64,000 nt of DNA. It comes from Planctomycetota bacterium (lineage in GTDB: Bacteria > Planctomycetota > J058). The stretch's first letter is position 1. The number at the start of each line of letters is the position of its first letter. Location: NCBI GenBank assembly GCA_023954375.1, contig JAMLIC010000019.1, forward strand, positions 20,739 to 84,738, written 5' to 3'. Below the pieces are notes generated by a model, which was not told the origin of the DNA, did no database searches, and saw only the letters and a list, made by a program, of their open reading frames with translations. Below, in pieces: positions 29,759 to 39,322 of this stretch. The translations under genes were made by a program, and so were the position numbers.

Positions 29759-32068
29759 GTGCAGGTCGGCGGCTACGAGGTGCGCGGGGAGCTGGGCCGG
29801 GGCGGCATGGGCGTGGTCTACCGCGCCTTCGACCCGGCGCTCGCGCGCGAGGTGGCGATCAAGGTGGTCGCCGAGCGGCCCGGCCCCGAGGAGGTCGCGC
29901 GGCTCCGGCGCGAGGGGCAGGCGGCGGCGCGGCTCCACCACCCGAACATCGTCGCCGTGCACGGCCTCGGCGAGCACGCCGGACGGCCCTACCTGGTCAT
30001 GGACCTCGTCGAGGGCGAGGACCTGGCCGCGCGGCTGCGGCGGCAGGGGCCGCTGGCGCCGCGCGAGGCGGCCGGCCTCGCCGCCTCGCTGGCGCGCGCG
30101 CTCGACTACGCGCACCGGCAGGGCGTCGTCCACCGCGACCTCAAGCCGCAGAACGTCATCATCGACCGCGAGGGCGAGCCGCGGCTGGTCGACTTCGGGC
30201 TGTCGCGCGTCGTCGACCGCCAGAGCCTCACCGCCACCGGCGAGGTCCTGGGCACCCCCGGCTACATGGCGCCCGAGCAGGCCAACGGCGAGCGGGTCGG
30301 GCCGCCGGCGGACGTCTACGGGCTCGGCGCGACCCTCTACGCCCTGCTCACCGGCCGGCCACCGATCGAGGGGCGCTCGACGCTCGACGTCCTGCGCGCC
30401 GTGCTCGAGGAGGCGCCCGCGCCCCCGCAGGCGCTCCGGCCGGGGCTCGACCCGGCGCTGGGCGCGCTGTGCCTCCGCTGCCTGGAGAAGGCGCCCGCCG
30501 CGCGCTTCGCCTCGGCCAGGGACCTGGCCGAGGCGCTGGAGGCGTGGCTGCGGGGGCCGCACCGCGCCCGCCGCCGGCGGGGCGGGGCGGCGCTCGGCGC
30601 GGCGCTCGGCGGGGTCCTGGGCGCCGCGGGCGCCCTGGCGTGGGCGGTCCCGGCCGTGGGCGCTGCGCGCGCCGAGGCGACGCGCGCGCGCGCGGACGCG
30701 AGCGCGGCGGCCCGCGAGCGCGACGAGGCGCGCGCGGGCGAGCGCGCCGCCGGGCGCGAGCGCGACGCGGCGCGGGCCGAGCGAGACGACGGCGCGGCCG
30801 CCCTGGTCCGGGCGCGGCGCCGGATCGACGTCGAGCGCCGGGCGGCGTTCGCGCTGGCGCGCGGCCAGCACCAGGACGCGATCGATGCGCTCACGCGGTC
30901 GCTCGAGGACGACCCCGACGCCCAGGCGCTGACCCTCCGCGCCCATGCGCGGCGCGCCGGCATCGAGGCCCGCCGGACCGAGCGCGACCCGGCCGCGGAG
31001 GCGGACGTCCACGCCGACCTCGAGGCAGCGCTCGCGCGCGACCCCGGGTGCCTGCCGGCGCGCCTCCTCAAGGCGAGGCTGGCGCTCCACCACGGCGGGG
31101 CCGACGCGTCACGCGCGGTCAGGGGGCTCCTGGACGACCTCGAGGCGCAGGAGCCCCACGACCGCGCCGAACTGCTCGCGCTGGGCGCCTGGGCCAGCCT
31201 CAGGGAGAGGGACCCCGACCGGGCACGGTCGCTCGCGGAGGAGGCGCTGGCGCTGTGGCCCGGACACCCCCATGCCCTGCTGGCGAGGGCGTCGGCGCGC
31301 TACCTGAGACCGGACGCCGTGAGGGCCGACCTGGACGCGGCGCTGGCCGACCTGCTCCCCGCGCTCTACCAGGAGCCCCGCGACGCCAGGGTGTGGACCG
31401 CGCTCGGCGAGGTGTGGCTCGCCGCGGGCTCGCACGATCGGGCCAGGATCCACTTCGACGTCGTCGTCAACGTCTTCGGCAGCCCCGAGCCCGTGACGGC
31501 GAGGCGCCTGGCCGACCTCTACGCGGCCGAGGGCGCGCTGACCGCGGCGCTGGGCCTCCGCGAGCGCCTCGAGGGGAGGGGCGTGCCCGCGACCGGCGAG
31601 GAGGAGCTCGCCGCGGGCGACTGGTGCCTGGAGCTCGGGCGGCTGACGGCGGCGGTGGAGCGATACCAGCGCGCCGGCCTGCGCGACCCGGCCCTGGCGA
31701 AGGCGGCGCTCTCGGCCGCCGCGCTGGCCAGCGCGCTCCGGAGGGACGTGGGCGCGCCGCCGGTCGGCGCCCTCGACGCCGCCGATCTCCGCACGCGCTG
31801 CGCGCGCGCCGAGCGCCTGGGGGACGACCCCGCGGCCCTGCCGGCCTGGCTCGAGGTCGTCGACGCCACGGACGGCGCGTCGAAGCCCCCCGTCGTCCTC
31901 GTCCGCCGCCTCGCCATGCTCAAGGCGGCGCGACGGCTCCTCGAAGGCGGCCGGAGCGACCAGGCGCTCCGCCTCCTGGTGGGCGCCCTCCGCGAGGGGC
32001 TGCCGCCGGCGCACCCGTGGTTCGGCGAGACCCTGAAGCTCATGGGCGAGGCCCTCGACCGCGGCTGA
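29759..32068 (+). CDS. Ser/Thr protein kinase with TM helix, charged coiled-coil and TPR-like C-terminal domain
   Basis: GTG 29759 (Val134 of ORF 29360-32068). Motifs: GRGGMGVVY, VAIK, HRDLKPQN, DFG, GTPGYMAPE. Confidence 0.9.
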   Translation: MQVGGYEVRGELGRGGMGVVYRAFDPALAREVAIKVVAERPGPEEVARLRREGQAAARLHHPNIVAVHGLGEHAGRPYLVMDLVEGEDLAARLRRQGPLAPREAAGLAASLARALDYAHRQGVVHRDLKPQNVIIDREGEPRLVDFGLSRVVDRQSLTATGEVLGTPGYMAPEQANGERVGPPADVYGLGATLYALLTGRPPIEGRSTLDVLRAVLEEAPAPPQALRPGLDPALGALCLRCLEKAPAARFASARDLAEALEAWLRGPHRARRRRGGAALGAALGGVLGAAGALAWAVPAVGAARAEATRARADASAAARERDEARAGERAAGRERDAARAERDDGAAALVRARRRIDVERRAAFALARGQHQDAIDALTRSLEDDPDAQALTLRAHARRAGIEARRTERDPAAEADVHADLEAALARDPGCLPARLLKARLALHHGGADASRAVRGLLDDLEAQEPHDRAELLALGAWASLRERDPDRARSLAEEALALWPGHPHALLARASARYLRPDAVRADLDAALADLLPALYQEPRDARVWTALGEVWLAAGSHDRARIHFDVVVNVFGSPEPVTARRLADLYAAEGALTAALGLRERLEGRGVPATGEEELAAGDWCLELGRLTAAVERYQRAGLRDPALAKAALSAAALASALRRDVGAPPVGALDAADLRTRCARAERLGDDPAALPAWLEVVDATDGASKPPVVLVRRLAMLKAARRLLEGGRSDQALRLLVGALREGLPPAHPWFGETLKLMGEALDRG

Positions 32069-32103
32069 CCCCGCCCGCGGCGCGGGCGGCTAAGATCCGC
32101 CGC

Positions 32104-33033
32104 GTGATCGAGGTCGCGGCCCTCACCCAGCGCTACGGCGGCTACACCGCCGTGCGCGACCTGAGCTTCCGGGTGGAGCCGGGCGAGGTGGTGGGCTTCC
32201 TCGGCCCCAACGGCGCCGGCAAGACGACGACGCTCAAGGTGGTCGCCGCCTTCCTCGCCCCGAGCCAGGGGCGCGTGACGGTCGCCGGCCGCGACGTGGC
32301 GACCGACGCCCTGGGGGCGCGCCGGGCGCTGGGCTACCTTCCCGAGCACTGCCCGCTCTACCCGGAGATGCTCGTCCGGGGCTTCCTCGACTTCGTCGCG
32401 CGCGTCCGCGGCGTCGGCCCGGGCGACCGCGCGCGGGCGGTCGATGCGGCGGCGCGGCGCTGCCTCCTCGACGACGTGCTCGAGCGGCCGATCGGCGAGC
32501 TGTCGAAGGGCTACCGGCAGCGCGTGGGGATCGCCCAGGCGCTGGTCCACGACCCGCCGGTGGTCGTGCTCGACGAGCCGACGCACGGCCTCGACCCCAA
32601 CCAGGTCCTCGAGGTCCGCGCGCTCGTGCGCGACCTGGGCCGCGAGCGGACGGTGCTCTTCTCCTCGCACGTCCTCTCCGAGGTCGAGGCCACGTGCCGG
32701 CGCGTGCTCGTCCTGCACCAGGGGCGGCTCGTGGCCGACGCCACGCTCGACGACCTGCGCCGCCGCGCGTCGGGCGGCGCCGTGCGGGCGCGCTTCGCCG
32801 CGCTGACCTCGGCGACCCCCGAGCAGGTCGCGGCGCTGGAGGGCGTGGCGGCGGTCACGCGCGACGGCGACGCCTTCGTCGTCCGGCCGCGCGAGGGCGT
32901 GGCCGACCTCCCGGCCCGGCTGTTCCGCCTCGCCGTCGACCGCGGGCTCGAGCTCGTCGAGCTGGCCCCGGTGGCCCTGACGCTCGAGGACGTGTTCACG
33001 GCGCTGACGCGGCCCGAGGAGGGGAGCCCGTGA
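32104..33033 (+). CDS. ABC transporter ATP-binding protein (GldA-like)
   Basis: GTG 32104. Walker A GPNGAGKTT, signature LSKGYRQR, Walker B VVVLDEPT. Confidence 0.9.
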   Translation: MIEVAALTQRYGGYTAVRDLSFRVEPGEVVGFLGPNGAGKTTTLKVVAAFLAPSQGRVTVAGRDVATDALGARRALGYLPEHCPLYPEMLVRGFLDFVARVRGVGPGDRARAVDAAARRCLLDDVLERPIGELSKGYRQRVGIAQALVHDPPVVVLDEPTHGLDPNQVLEVRALVRDLGRERTVLFSSHVLSEVEATCRRVLVLHQGRLVADATLDDLRRRASGGAVRARFAALTSATPEQVAALEGVAAVTRDGDAFVVRPREGVADLPARLFRLAVDRGLELVELAPVALTLEDVFTALTRPEEGSP

Positions 33034-35354
33034 GCGAGGTCCGGGCGGGCGCGCTGCGGGTCCTGGCGATCGCCCGGCGCGAGCTCCAGGCGACCTTCGG
33101 CCAGCCGCCGGCCTGGGTGTTCCTGGCGGCCTTCCTGGCCCTGGCCGCCGGGCCGGCGCTGCCGCGCTTCTTCGCCCAGGGCGTGGCCGACCTGCGCGAG
33201 CCGCTCGCCTGGCTCCGCGTGGCCCTCCTGCTCCTGGCGCCGGCGGCGGCCATGCGCCTGTGGGCCGAGGAGCGCGCGGCCGGCACCTTCGAGCTCCTGT
33301 TCACCCTGCCCGTGCGGCCGGTCGAGGCGGTCCTCGGCAAGTTCCTCGCCGGGCTCGTCCTGATCGCGGCGGGCCTCGCCCTGTGGGCCGCCGTGCCGCT
33401 GACGCTCTCGGCGCTGGGCGACGTCGACCCGGGCCAGGTGGCCGCGGGCGCGCTCGGGGCGCTCCTGCTCGGGGCGACGCTGCTCGCGGGCGGCATGCTG
33501 GCCTCGGCGCTGACGCGCAGCCAGGTGGTGGCCTTCGTCGGCGGGGCCTCGTTCGGCGCGGCGCTCGTGCTCGGCGCCGCGCCCGACGTCCTCGAGCGCG
33601 TGCTCCCGCACGCGCTGGTCGAGGCGGCGGCCGACCTCGGCGCGCCGCGGCACCTCGAGGCGTTCGACCGCGGCGTCCTCGACACCGGCCACGCAGCCTA
33701 CTTCGTGGGCCTCACGGCGCTCCTCCTCGGCGCCAACGCGCTGGTGGTCGCGCGGCGCGGCGGCCCGCGCCTCGAGCCCGCCCTGGCGCTCGGCCTCGGG
33801 GCGCTGGTCGCCCTCCTCGGAGTCGACCTCCTCGCGCAGCGGCCCCTGCGCGCGCGGCTCGACCTGACGCTCGCTCGCGCCAACACGCTCGCGCCGGCCC
33901 TGCGCGAGGCCCTGCGCGGCCTCGACCAGCCGCTCACCGTCCGCGCCTACGTCACGCGCGACCTCCCGCCGGGCTTCGAGCACCTCCGCCCGCAGGTGCG
34001 GGCGCTGGTCGACCTCCTGCACGACGTGCGCGACGCCGCGCCCGGGCGCGTGCTGCTCGACCTGCGCGACCCGCTGGGCGGCGACGACCTGCTCGAGCGC
34101 CAGCGGCTCGTCCGCCAGGCCGAGCAGGACGGCGTGGCGCCGGTGGTCGTCGGCACCGTGAGCGAGGACCAGGCGGGCGAGCTGCGCCTCTACGCCGGCC
34201 TGGCGCTGCTCCTGGGCGACCGGGCGCCGGCGGTGGTCCCGCGGGCGATCCTCGCCGGGGACCTGGAGTACGAGCTCGCCGTGGCGCTGTCGCGCGTGAC
34301 CCTGCCGCGGCTGCGCGTGGCGCTCTCGGGCGACGGGCTCGGCGACTACGGGCAGGCGCGCGCGGCGCTCGGGCGCGCCTACGCCGTCGAGGAGCTGGAC
34401 CTCGAGGCGCGCGACGTCCCGGCCGACGTGGCGCTGCTCGTGCACGCCGCGCCCGTCCCGCCGTCGGCGCGGACGCTCGCGGCGGTCGACGAGCACCTGC
34501 GGCGCGGCGGCCGCGCCCTCCTGCTCGTCGACACCCACGCGGTCGACCCCGCCGCCTGGAGCGCGACGCCGTTCCCCGCGGACCCCCTGACGACCTGGCT
34601 GCGCGCGCGGGGCGTGGCCCTCGGTCCCGGGCTGGCGCTGGCGCCGACGGAGCGCCCGCACACCTTCGAGGTCGACGGCGCCCTCGTGCGCTCCCGCTAC
34701 CCGTGGCTGGTGGAGGTGGGGCCGGCGCACGACCCGGCCAGCCCCGTGCTCGCCGGCGTGGGCCGGGCGCTCCTGCCCTTCGCGGCGCCGCTGGGGCCGG
34801 CCGGCTCGGCGCCCGACGTTGCGTGGACGCCGCTGGTGCGCACGGCGCCGGGCTGGGTGGCCGGCCGCGAGGGCGGGCCCGTCGACGTCCACCCGCTCCG
34901 CCCGGTGTCCGCCGCGCGCGAGCGCGCCCCGGCGCCGCAGGTGCTCGCGGGCGCCGTGACCGGCCCGCTCGCGCCCGGGGCGCCGCCGGGGCGGCTCGTC
35001 GTCGTCGGCGACTCCGACTTCTGCCGCGACCGCAACGCCCGCGACGGCGACGGGGTGCCGCTGCTCCAGAACCTCGTCGACTGGGCGCTCGACCGCGCCC
35101 TCCTCGCCCCCGTGCGCGCGCGCGGCCAGCCCGCCCCGCTGCGGGCCGACGCGGCGCTCCTCGGCTGGACGGGCGAGCGCGCGCAGGGGGCCGCGATCGT
35201 GCTCCTCTGCTGGGCGCTGCCGGGCCTCGTGCTCGGCGGCGGGCTCGCCGGGCTGGAGGTCGCGCGCCGGCGGCGGGCGGCGCGGGCGGCCCGCGCGCGC
35301 GACGCGCGCGCCGCGGCCGTGCCCACCGCCCTGGACCGCGGGGAGGCGCCGTGA
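33030..35354 (+). CDS. Fusion of an ABC-2 permease (GldF-like) with a GldG-like auxiliary domain
   Basis: GTG 33030 is in a GTGA overlap with the ATPase stop. An N-terminal ~240-aa multi-TM permease is followed by a ~500-aa soluble domain and a C-terminal TM helix. Confidence 0.75.
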   Translation: MSEVRAGALRVLAIARRELQATFGQPPAWVFLAAFLALAAGPALPRFFAQGVADLREPLAWLRVALLLLAPAAAMRLWAEERAAGTFELLFTLPVRPVEAVLGKFLAGLVLIAAGLALWAAVPLTLSALGDVDPGQVAAGALGALLLGATLLAGGMLASALTRSQVVAFVGGASFGAALVLGAAPDVLERVLPHALVEAAADLGAPRHLEAFDRGVLDTGHAAYFVGLTALLLGANALVVARRGGPRLEPALALGLGALVALLGVDLLAQRPLRARLDLTLARANTLAPALREALRGLDQPLTVRAYVTRDLPPGFEHLRPQVRALVDLLHDVRDAAPGRVLLDLRDPLGGDDLLERQRLVRQAEQDGVAPVVVGTVSEDQAGELRLYAGLALLLGDRAPAVVPRAILAGDLEYELAVALSRVTLPRLRVALSGDGLGDYGQARAALGRAYAVEELDLEARDVPADVALLVHAAPVPPSARTLAAVDEHLRRGGRALLLVDTHAVDPAAWSATPFPADPLTTWLRARGVALGPGLALAPTERPHTFEVDGALVRSRYPWLVEVGPAHDPASPVLAGVGRALLPFAAPLGPAGSAPDVAWTPLVRTAPGWVAGREGGPVDVHPLRPVSAARERAPAPQVLAGAVTGPLAPGAPPGRLVVVGDSDFCRDRNARDGDGVPLLQNLVDWALDRALLAPVRARGQPAPLRADAALLGWTGERAQGAAIVLLCWALPGLVLGGGLAGLEVARRRRAARAARARDARAAAVPTALDRGEAP

Positions 35355-36244
35355 GCCGGCGCGTGGCGCTGCTCGCCGGCCTCGCGGCCGCGCTCGGCCT
35401 GGTCCGTGGGGTCGTGGCGCTCGTCGATCGGCCGCCGCCCCCGCCGCCGGCGCTGGTCGACGTCGACCCGGCCGCCGTCGCCGGGGTCGTCCTCGGGCGC
35501 GGCGGGGCGACGCTCGCGCTCGCCCGGGACGCGGCGTCGCCCACGGGCTGGTGGGTGCTCGGCCCGGCCGGCGCCCGGGCCGCGGCCCGGCCCGGCGTCG
35601 ACGCGCTCCTCGAGCGCGTGGTCGCCTGGCGCGCCGACCGCCCGGCCGGCGCCGACCCGGCCCGCCACGCCGAGCGCGTCCTCGACGAGCCCCGCGCCCG
35701 CGCCCTGCGGCTGGAGGCGCCGGACGGCCGCGCCCTGGCCGACCTGCTCGTCGGCCGGCTGGCGGGCGTCGAGCTGGCGGACGCCCTCGCGTCGGGCGGC
35801 GCGCTCGACCCCCGGCGGCTCGGGCTGTTCGTCCGCCGGCGCGGTGAGGACGCGGCGTGGGTGGTCGCGGAGTTCCTCACGCGCGAGCTCGAGCCCGACC
35901 CGCGCGCGTGGCTCGCGCCGCCGCTCGGGCCGGTGCGCCCCGAGGACGTCGCGCGCCTGCGCCTGCCGGGGCTCGACCTCGCCTTCGGGGAGGACGGCGG
36001 CGCGGTCGACCCCGCCCGCGCCGCCGTCCTGCTCGACGCGGCGCTCGACCTCGTGCCGACCGCCGTCGCCGCCGGCGCGCCGCCCGGCGAGGCGCTCGTG
36101 GTCGAGGTCGTCCTGCGCGACGGGGAGGCGCGCCAGGCGCGGCTGTGGACCGACGGGGGGCGCGCGCTGGCCGCCGGGGCCGGCGGGGTCGTCGAGGTCG
36201 ACCTGCGGGGGCTCGAGCGGCTGCGGGCGCTCCTGCGCGAGTAG
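35351..36244 (+). CDS. DUF4340-like membrane-anchored protein
   Basis: GTG 35351 is in a GTGA overlap. It has an N-terminal TM helix. This position downstream of GldG-like genes is typical for DUF4340. Confidence 0.6.
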   Translation: MSRRVALLAGLAAALGLVRGVVALVDRPPPPPPALVDVDPAAVAGVVLGRGGATLALARDAASPTGWWVLGPAGARAAARPGVDALLERVVAWRADRPAGADPARHAERVLDEPRARALRLEAPDGRALADLLVGRLAGVELADALASGGALDPRRLGLFVRRRGEDAAWVVAEFLTRELEPDPRAWLAPPLGPVRPEDVARLRLPGLDLAFGEDGGAVDPARAAVLLDAALDLVPTAVAAGAPPGEALVVEVVLRDGEARQARLWTDGGRALAAGAGGVVEVDLRGLERLRALLRE

Positions 36245-36418
36245 GCGAGATCACCTCCCTCGACGGCCCGCCGTCCGGGGCTATCCTGGGGCGTCTCGCC
36301 GGCCGCCTTCCACGCTCGCTGGAGTTAGGGCGCGGGGGAGCCGGCGAGGGCTCGGCCCGTCCGGAACCGCGGCGGCGCGCCTCTCCTCTCGAAACCACGT
36401 CCCCTCGCGGGAGGTCGC

Positions 36419-37426
36419 ATGGCCGTTCGCATCGGTTTCCACGGCTTCGGACGCATCGGCCGCAACGTCTTCCGCGTCCTCTACAACCGACCGGAGTTCG
36501 ACGTCCGCTGCGTCGCCGACGTGGCCCCGATCGACAGCCTCGTCTACCTGCTCAACTTCGACTCGATCCACGGGCGCTTCCCCGAGGAGATCAAGCACGG
36601 CCACGGGCACATGTTCGTGAACGGCCGCTCGATCCCCGTGGTCTTCAGCCGCGAGCCGGGCGAGGTCCGGTGGCGCGACTACGACGTGGACATCGTCGTC
36701 GAGGCCAGCGGCCGCTACCGCGACCGCGCCGCCCTCGAGCGCCACCTCGACGCCGGCGCCCGCCGCGTGCTCCTCACCAACCCGCCGGCCGAGGAGCTCT
36801 ACTCGACGATCGTCTGCGTGGGCGTGAACGACGGCGCGCTCGACCGCTCGCACAAGGTCGTGTCGAACGCGTCGTGCACGTCGAACGCCCTGGCCCTCAT
36901 GGTCAAGATCCTCGACGAGGCGTTCGGGCTCGAGTACGCGTCGATGACCACCGTGCACGCCTACACCAACGAGCTGCGCCTGGCCGACGTGCCGCACCGG
37001 CAGCTCCGGCGCTCGCGCGCCGCGGCGGAGAACATCATCCCGTCGACCACGCAGGCGGTCCGCGTCGTCGAGACCCTCATGCCCCACCTGCGCGGGCGGA
37101 TCAGCGGCATGGCGCTGAACGTGCCGATCCCCGACGGGTCGGTGATCGACCTGACCTGCGCCCTGCGCCGCCGCGTCTCGCCGGGCGAGGTGAACGGCGC
37201 CGTCGCCAGCGCGGCGCGCGGCTACCTGAAGGGGATCCTCGACGTGACCGAGCACCCGATCGTCTCGTCGGACGTGGTCGGCAACCCGCACACGGGCGTG
37301 TTCGACGCCCTGACCACGAAGGTCCTGGGCGGCAACCTGGTGAAGACCGTGACCTGGTACGACAACGGCTGGGGCTACGCCAACCGCGTCGTGGACCTCA
37401 TCGAGCGCCTGGCCCGGACGCTGTAG
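36419..37426 (+). CDS. gap: Glyceraldehyde-3-phosphate dehydrogenase family, paralogue 1
   Basis: GFGRIGRNVFR, catalytic SNASCTSN, TTVHAYT, WYDNGWGYA. Confidence 0.9.
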   Translation: MAVRIGFHGFGRIGRNVFRVLYNRPEFDVRCVADVAPIDSLVYLLNFDSIHGRFPEEIKHGHGHMFVNGRSIPVVFSREPGEVRWRDYDVDIVVEASGRYRDRAALERHLDAGARRVLLTNPPAEELYSTIVCVGVNDGALDRSHKVVSNASCTSNALALMVKILDEAFGLEYASMTTVHAYTNELRLADVPHRQLRRSRAAAENIIPSTTQAVRVVETLMPHLRGRISGMALNVPIPDGSVIDLTCALRRRVSPGEVNGAVASAARGYLKGILDVTEHPIVSSDVVGNPHTGVFDALTTKVLGGNLVKTVTWYDNGWGYANRVVDLIERLARTL

Positions 37427-37443
37427 GCGGCAGGAGAGACCCC

Positions 37444-38469
37444 GTGATCAAGCTCGGCATCAACGGCTTCGGGCGCATCGGCCGCTGCGTCTACCGCATC
37501 GCGCGGGAGCGGCCTGACGTGCAGGTCGTGGCGGTCAACGACGTCGCCGACCCCAAGGCGCTCGCCTACCTGCTCAAGTACGACACCGTCCAGGGCCGGC
37601 TGGACGCCGCCGTCAGCCTCGAGGGCGACGTCCTGCGCGTGGGCGACGACCGCACCCGCATGCTCTCGGTCGACCGCCCCGAGGCGCTCCCCTGGCGGGA
37701 GCTCGGCGTCGACGTCGTCATCGAGTCGACCGGGCTGTGGCGCACGCGCGCCGACCTGCAGCGTCACATCGAGGCGGGCGCGAAGCGCGTGATCCTCACC
37801 GTGCAGGCGCCGGCCAAGCACGACGCGCCGCCGCTCGACGCCACGATCGTGCTCGGCGTCAACGACCGCACGCTCTCGGGCGACCACCGGCTCGTCTCGG
37901 CGGCCTCCTGCACCGCCAACGGGCTGGCCCCGCTGGCGAAGGTCCTCCACGACGCCTTCGGCATCGAGAAGGCCATGCTCACCACGGTGCACGCCTACAC
38001 GAACGACCAGCGCCTGGCCGAGGTGCCCGACGCGATCGACCTGCGCCGCTCGCGCGCCGCGGCCGAGAACATCATCCCGACGACCACCGCCGCCCCGAAG
38101 GCGGTCGCGGAGGTCATCCCGTCGCTCGCCGGCCGGCTCGACGGCCTCGCCATGCGCGTCCCCGTCCCCGACGGGTCGACGATCGACCTGGTGGCCGAGC
38201 TGGCCTGCGAGGTCACGCGCGACGAGGTGAACGAGGTCGTGCGCCGCGCGGCCGAGGGCCCGCTCCGCGGGATCCTGGAGTACTGCACGGAGCCGGTCGT
38301 GTCGTCCGACATCATCGGCAACCCGCACTCGTGCATCCTCGACTCGGAGCTGACGCAGGTCACCGGCGGCCGCCTGCTGCGCCTGGTCGCCTGGTACGAC
38401 AACGAGTGGGGCTACTCCTCGCGCTGCGTCGACCTCGCCGAGCGCATCGCCGCCTTCGACCGCCTCTAG
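37444..38469 (+). CDS. gap: Glyceraldehyde-3-phosphate dehydrogenase family, paralogue 2
   Basis: GTG 37444 follows AGGAGAG. GFGRIGRCVYR, SAASCTAN, TTVHAYT, WYDNEWGYS. Confidence 0.9.
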   Translation: MIKLGINGFGRIGRCVYRIARERPDVQVVAVNDVADPKALAYLLKYDTVQGRLDAAVSLEGDVLRVGDDRTRMLSVDRPEALPWRELGVDVVIESTGLWRTRADLQRHIEAGAKRVILTVQAPAKHDAPPLDATIVLGVNDRTLSGDHRLVSAASCTANGLAPLAKVLHDAFGIEKAMLTTVHAYTNDQRLAEVPDAIDLRRSRAAAENIIPTTTAAPKAVAEVIPSLAGRLDGLAMRVPVPDGSTIDLVAELACEVTRDEVNEVVRRAAEGPLRGILEYCTEPVVSSDIIGNPHSCILDSELTQVTGGRLLRLVAWYDNEWGYSSRCVDLAERIAAFDRL

Positions 38470-38470
38470 C

Positions 38471-38632
38471 TTAGAAGGGGGACGCGAGGACCTCGACGTT
38501 GCCGTTGTAGTGGTTGGTGATCGCCCGGGGCAGCCGGGTCACCATCCAGGTCAGGGCGAGGGCGACGAGCGCCACGAGGATGATCACCTCGGTCATGCTC
38601 TGGCCGCGCCGTCCGCCTCGCCGTCGCCTCAT
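38471..38632 (-). CDS. flp: Flp-family prepilin, 53 aa (not in the ORF track)
   Basis: The reverse complement reads MRRRRGGRRGQSMTEVIILVALVALALTWMVTRLPRAITNHYNGNVEVLASPF. It has a basic leader, GQSMTEV (EY replaced by EV) and a hydrophobic helix. GGAGG lies ~11 nt upstream. Confidence 0.65.
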   Translation of the reverse strand: MRRRRGGRRGQSMTEVIILVALVALALTWMVTRLPRAITNHYNGNVEVLASPF

Positions 38633-38961
38633 CCGAGCACGACCTCCGTCGTTCGAGTGCTGCTACTCACGTCCCGTACCATCTCCTACGGCGCCCGGCG
38701 CCGCGCAAGCGACCATCGCCCCAGGGTCCGACCGGCCCGTGGACCGTCTCCGGACGAGACGTACGGTTCAGATCTGGTGCGTATGAGACGAATCGGCGGG
38801 CACATCCGTGGCGGCGTCGCGCTAACTGTCGGGAACTTGGCCCTTGGTCGTCGGGTCCGCCGCGTGCTCCAATCTCCCGTCGCCGCGGAGTGATCCGCGC
38901 ACGAATCGCTGGAGTGAGGGCACAAGCGTCGGTGCACGCCGACACCGTAGGAGAGTCCGTC

Positions 38962-39177
38962 ATGGTCGTCAACCAGAAGAAGCAGCTCCGTCGTCGTCGT
39001 CGCAGCGGTCAGGGCATGACCGAGTACATCATCATCGTCGGGCTGATCGCCATCTGCCTGGTCGCGGCGGTGAAGAACTTCCGTGACGCGGTCGGCACGG
39101 CGTTCGACAAGGGCACGGAGACGATCGACACCGAGATCACCGGCAAGATCGGCGAGGGGCACACCCGCCGTCCCTGA
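38962..39177 (+). CDS. flp: Flp-family prepilin, 71 aa
   Basis: ATG 38962 follows TAGGAGAG. Sequence: MVVNQKKQLRRRRRSGQGMTEYIIIVGLIAICLVAAV.... Confidence 0.85.
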   Translation: MVVNQKKQLRRRRRSGQGMTEYIIIVGLIAICLVAAVKNFRDAVGTAFDKGTETIDTEITGKIGEGHTRRP

Positions 39178-39322
39178 TCTGCCGCGGGTTCGACCGACGG
39201 TCGCGGGTCGCGGAGCGGGCCACCGCCCGCCCCGCGCCGCGTCCACGTAGGCACACCCCTCTCCCGCTCTCGGTCCGCCTGCGGTGGGCGGGCCGGGGGC
39301 GGAACCACCCCGGGAGCGCGTG

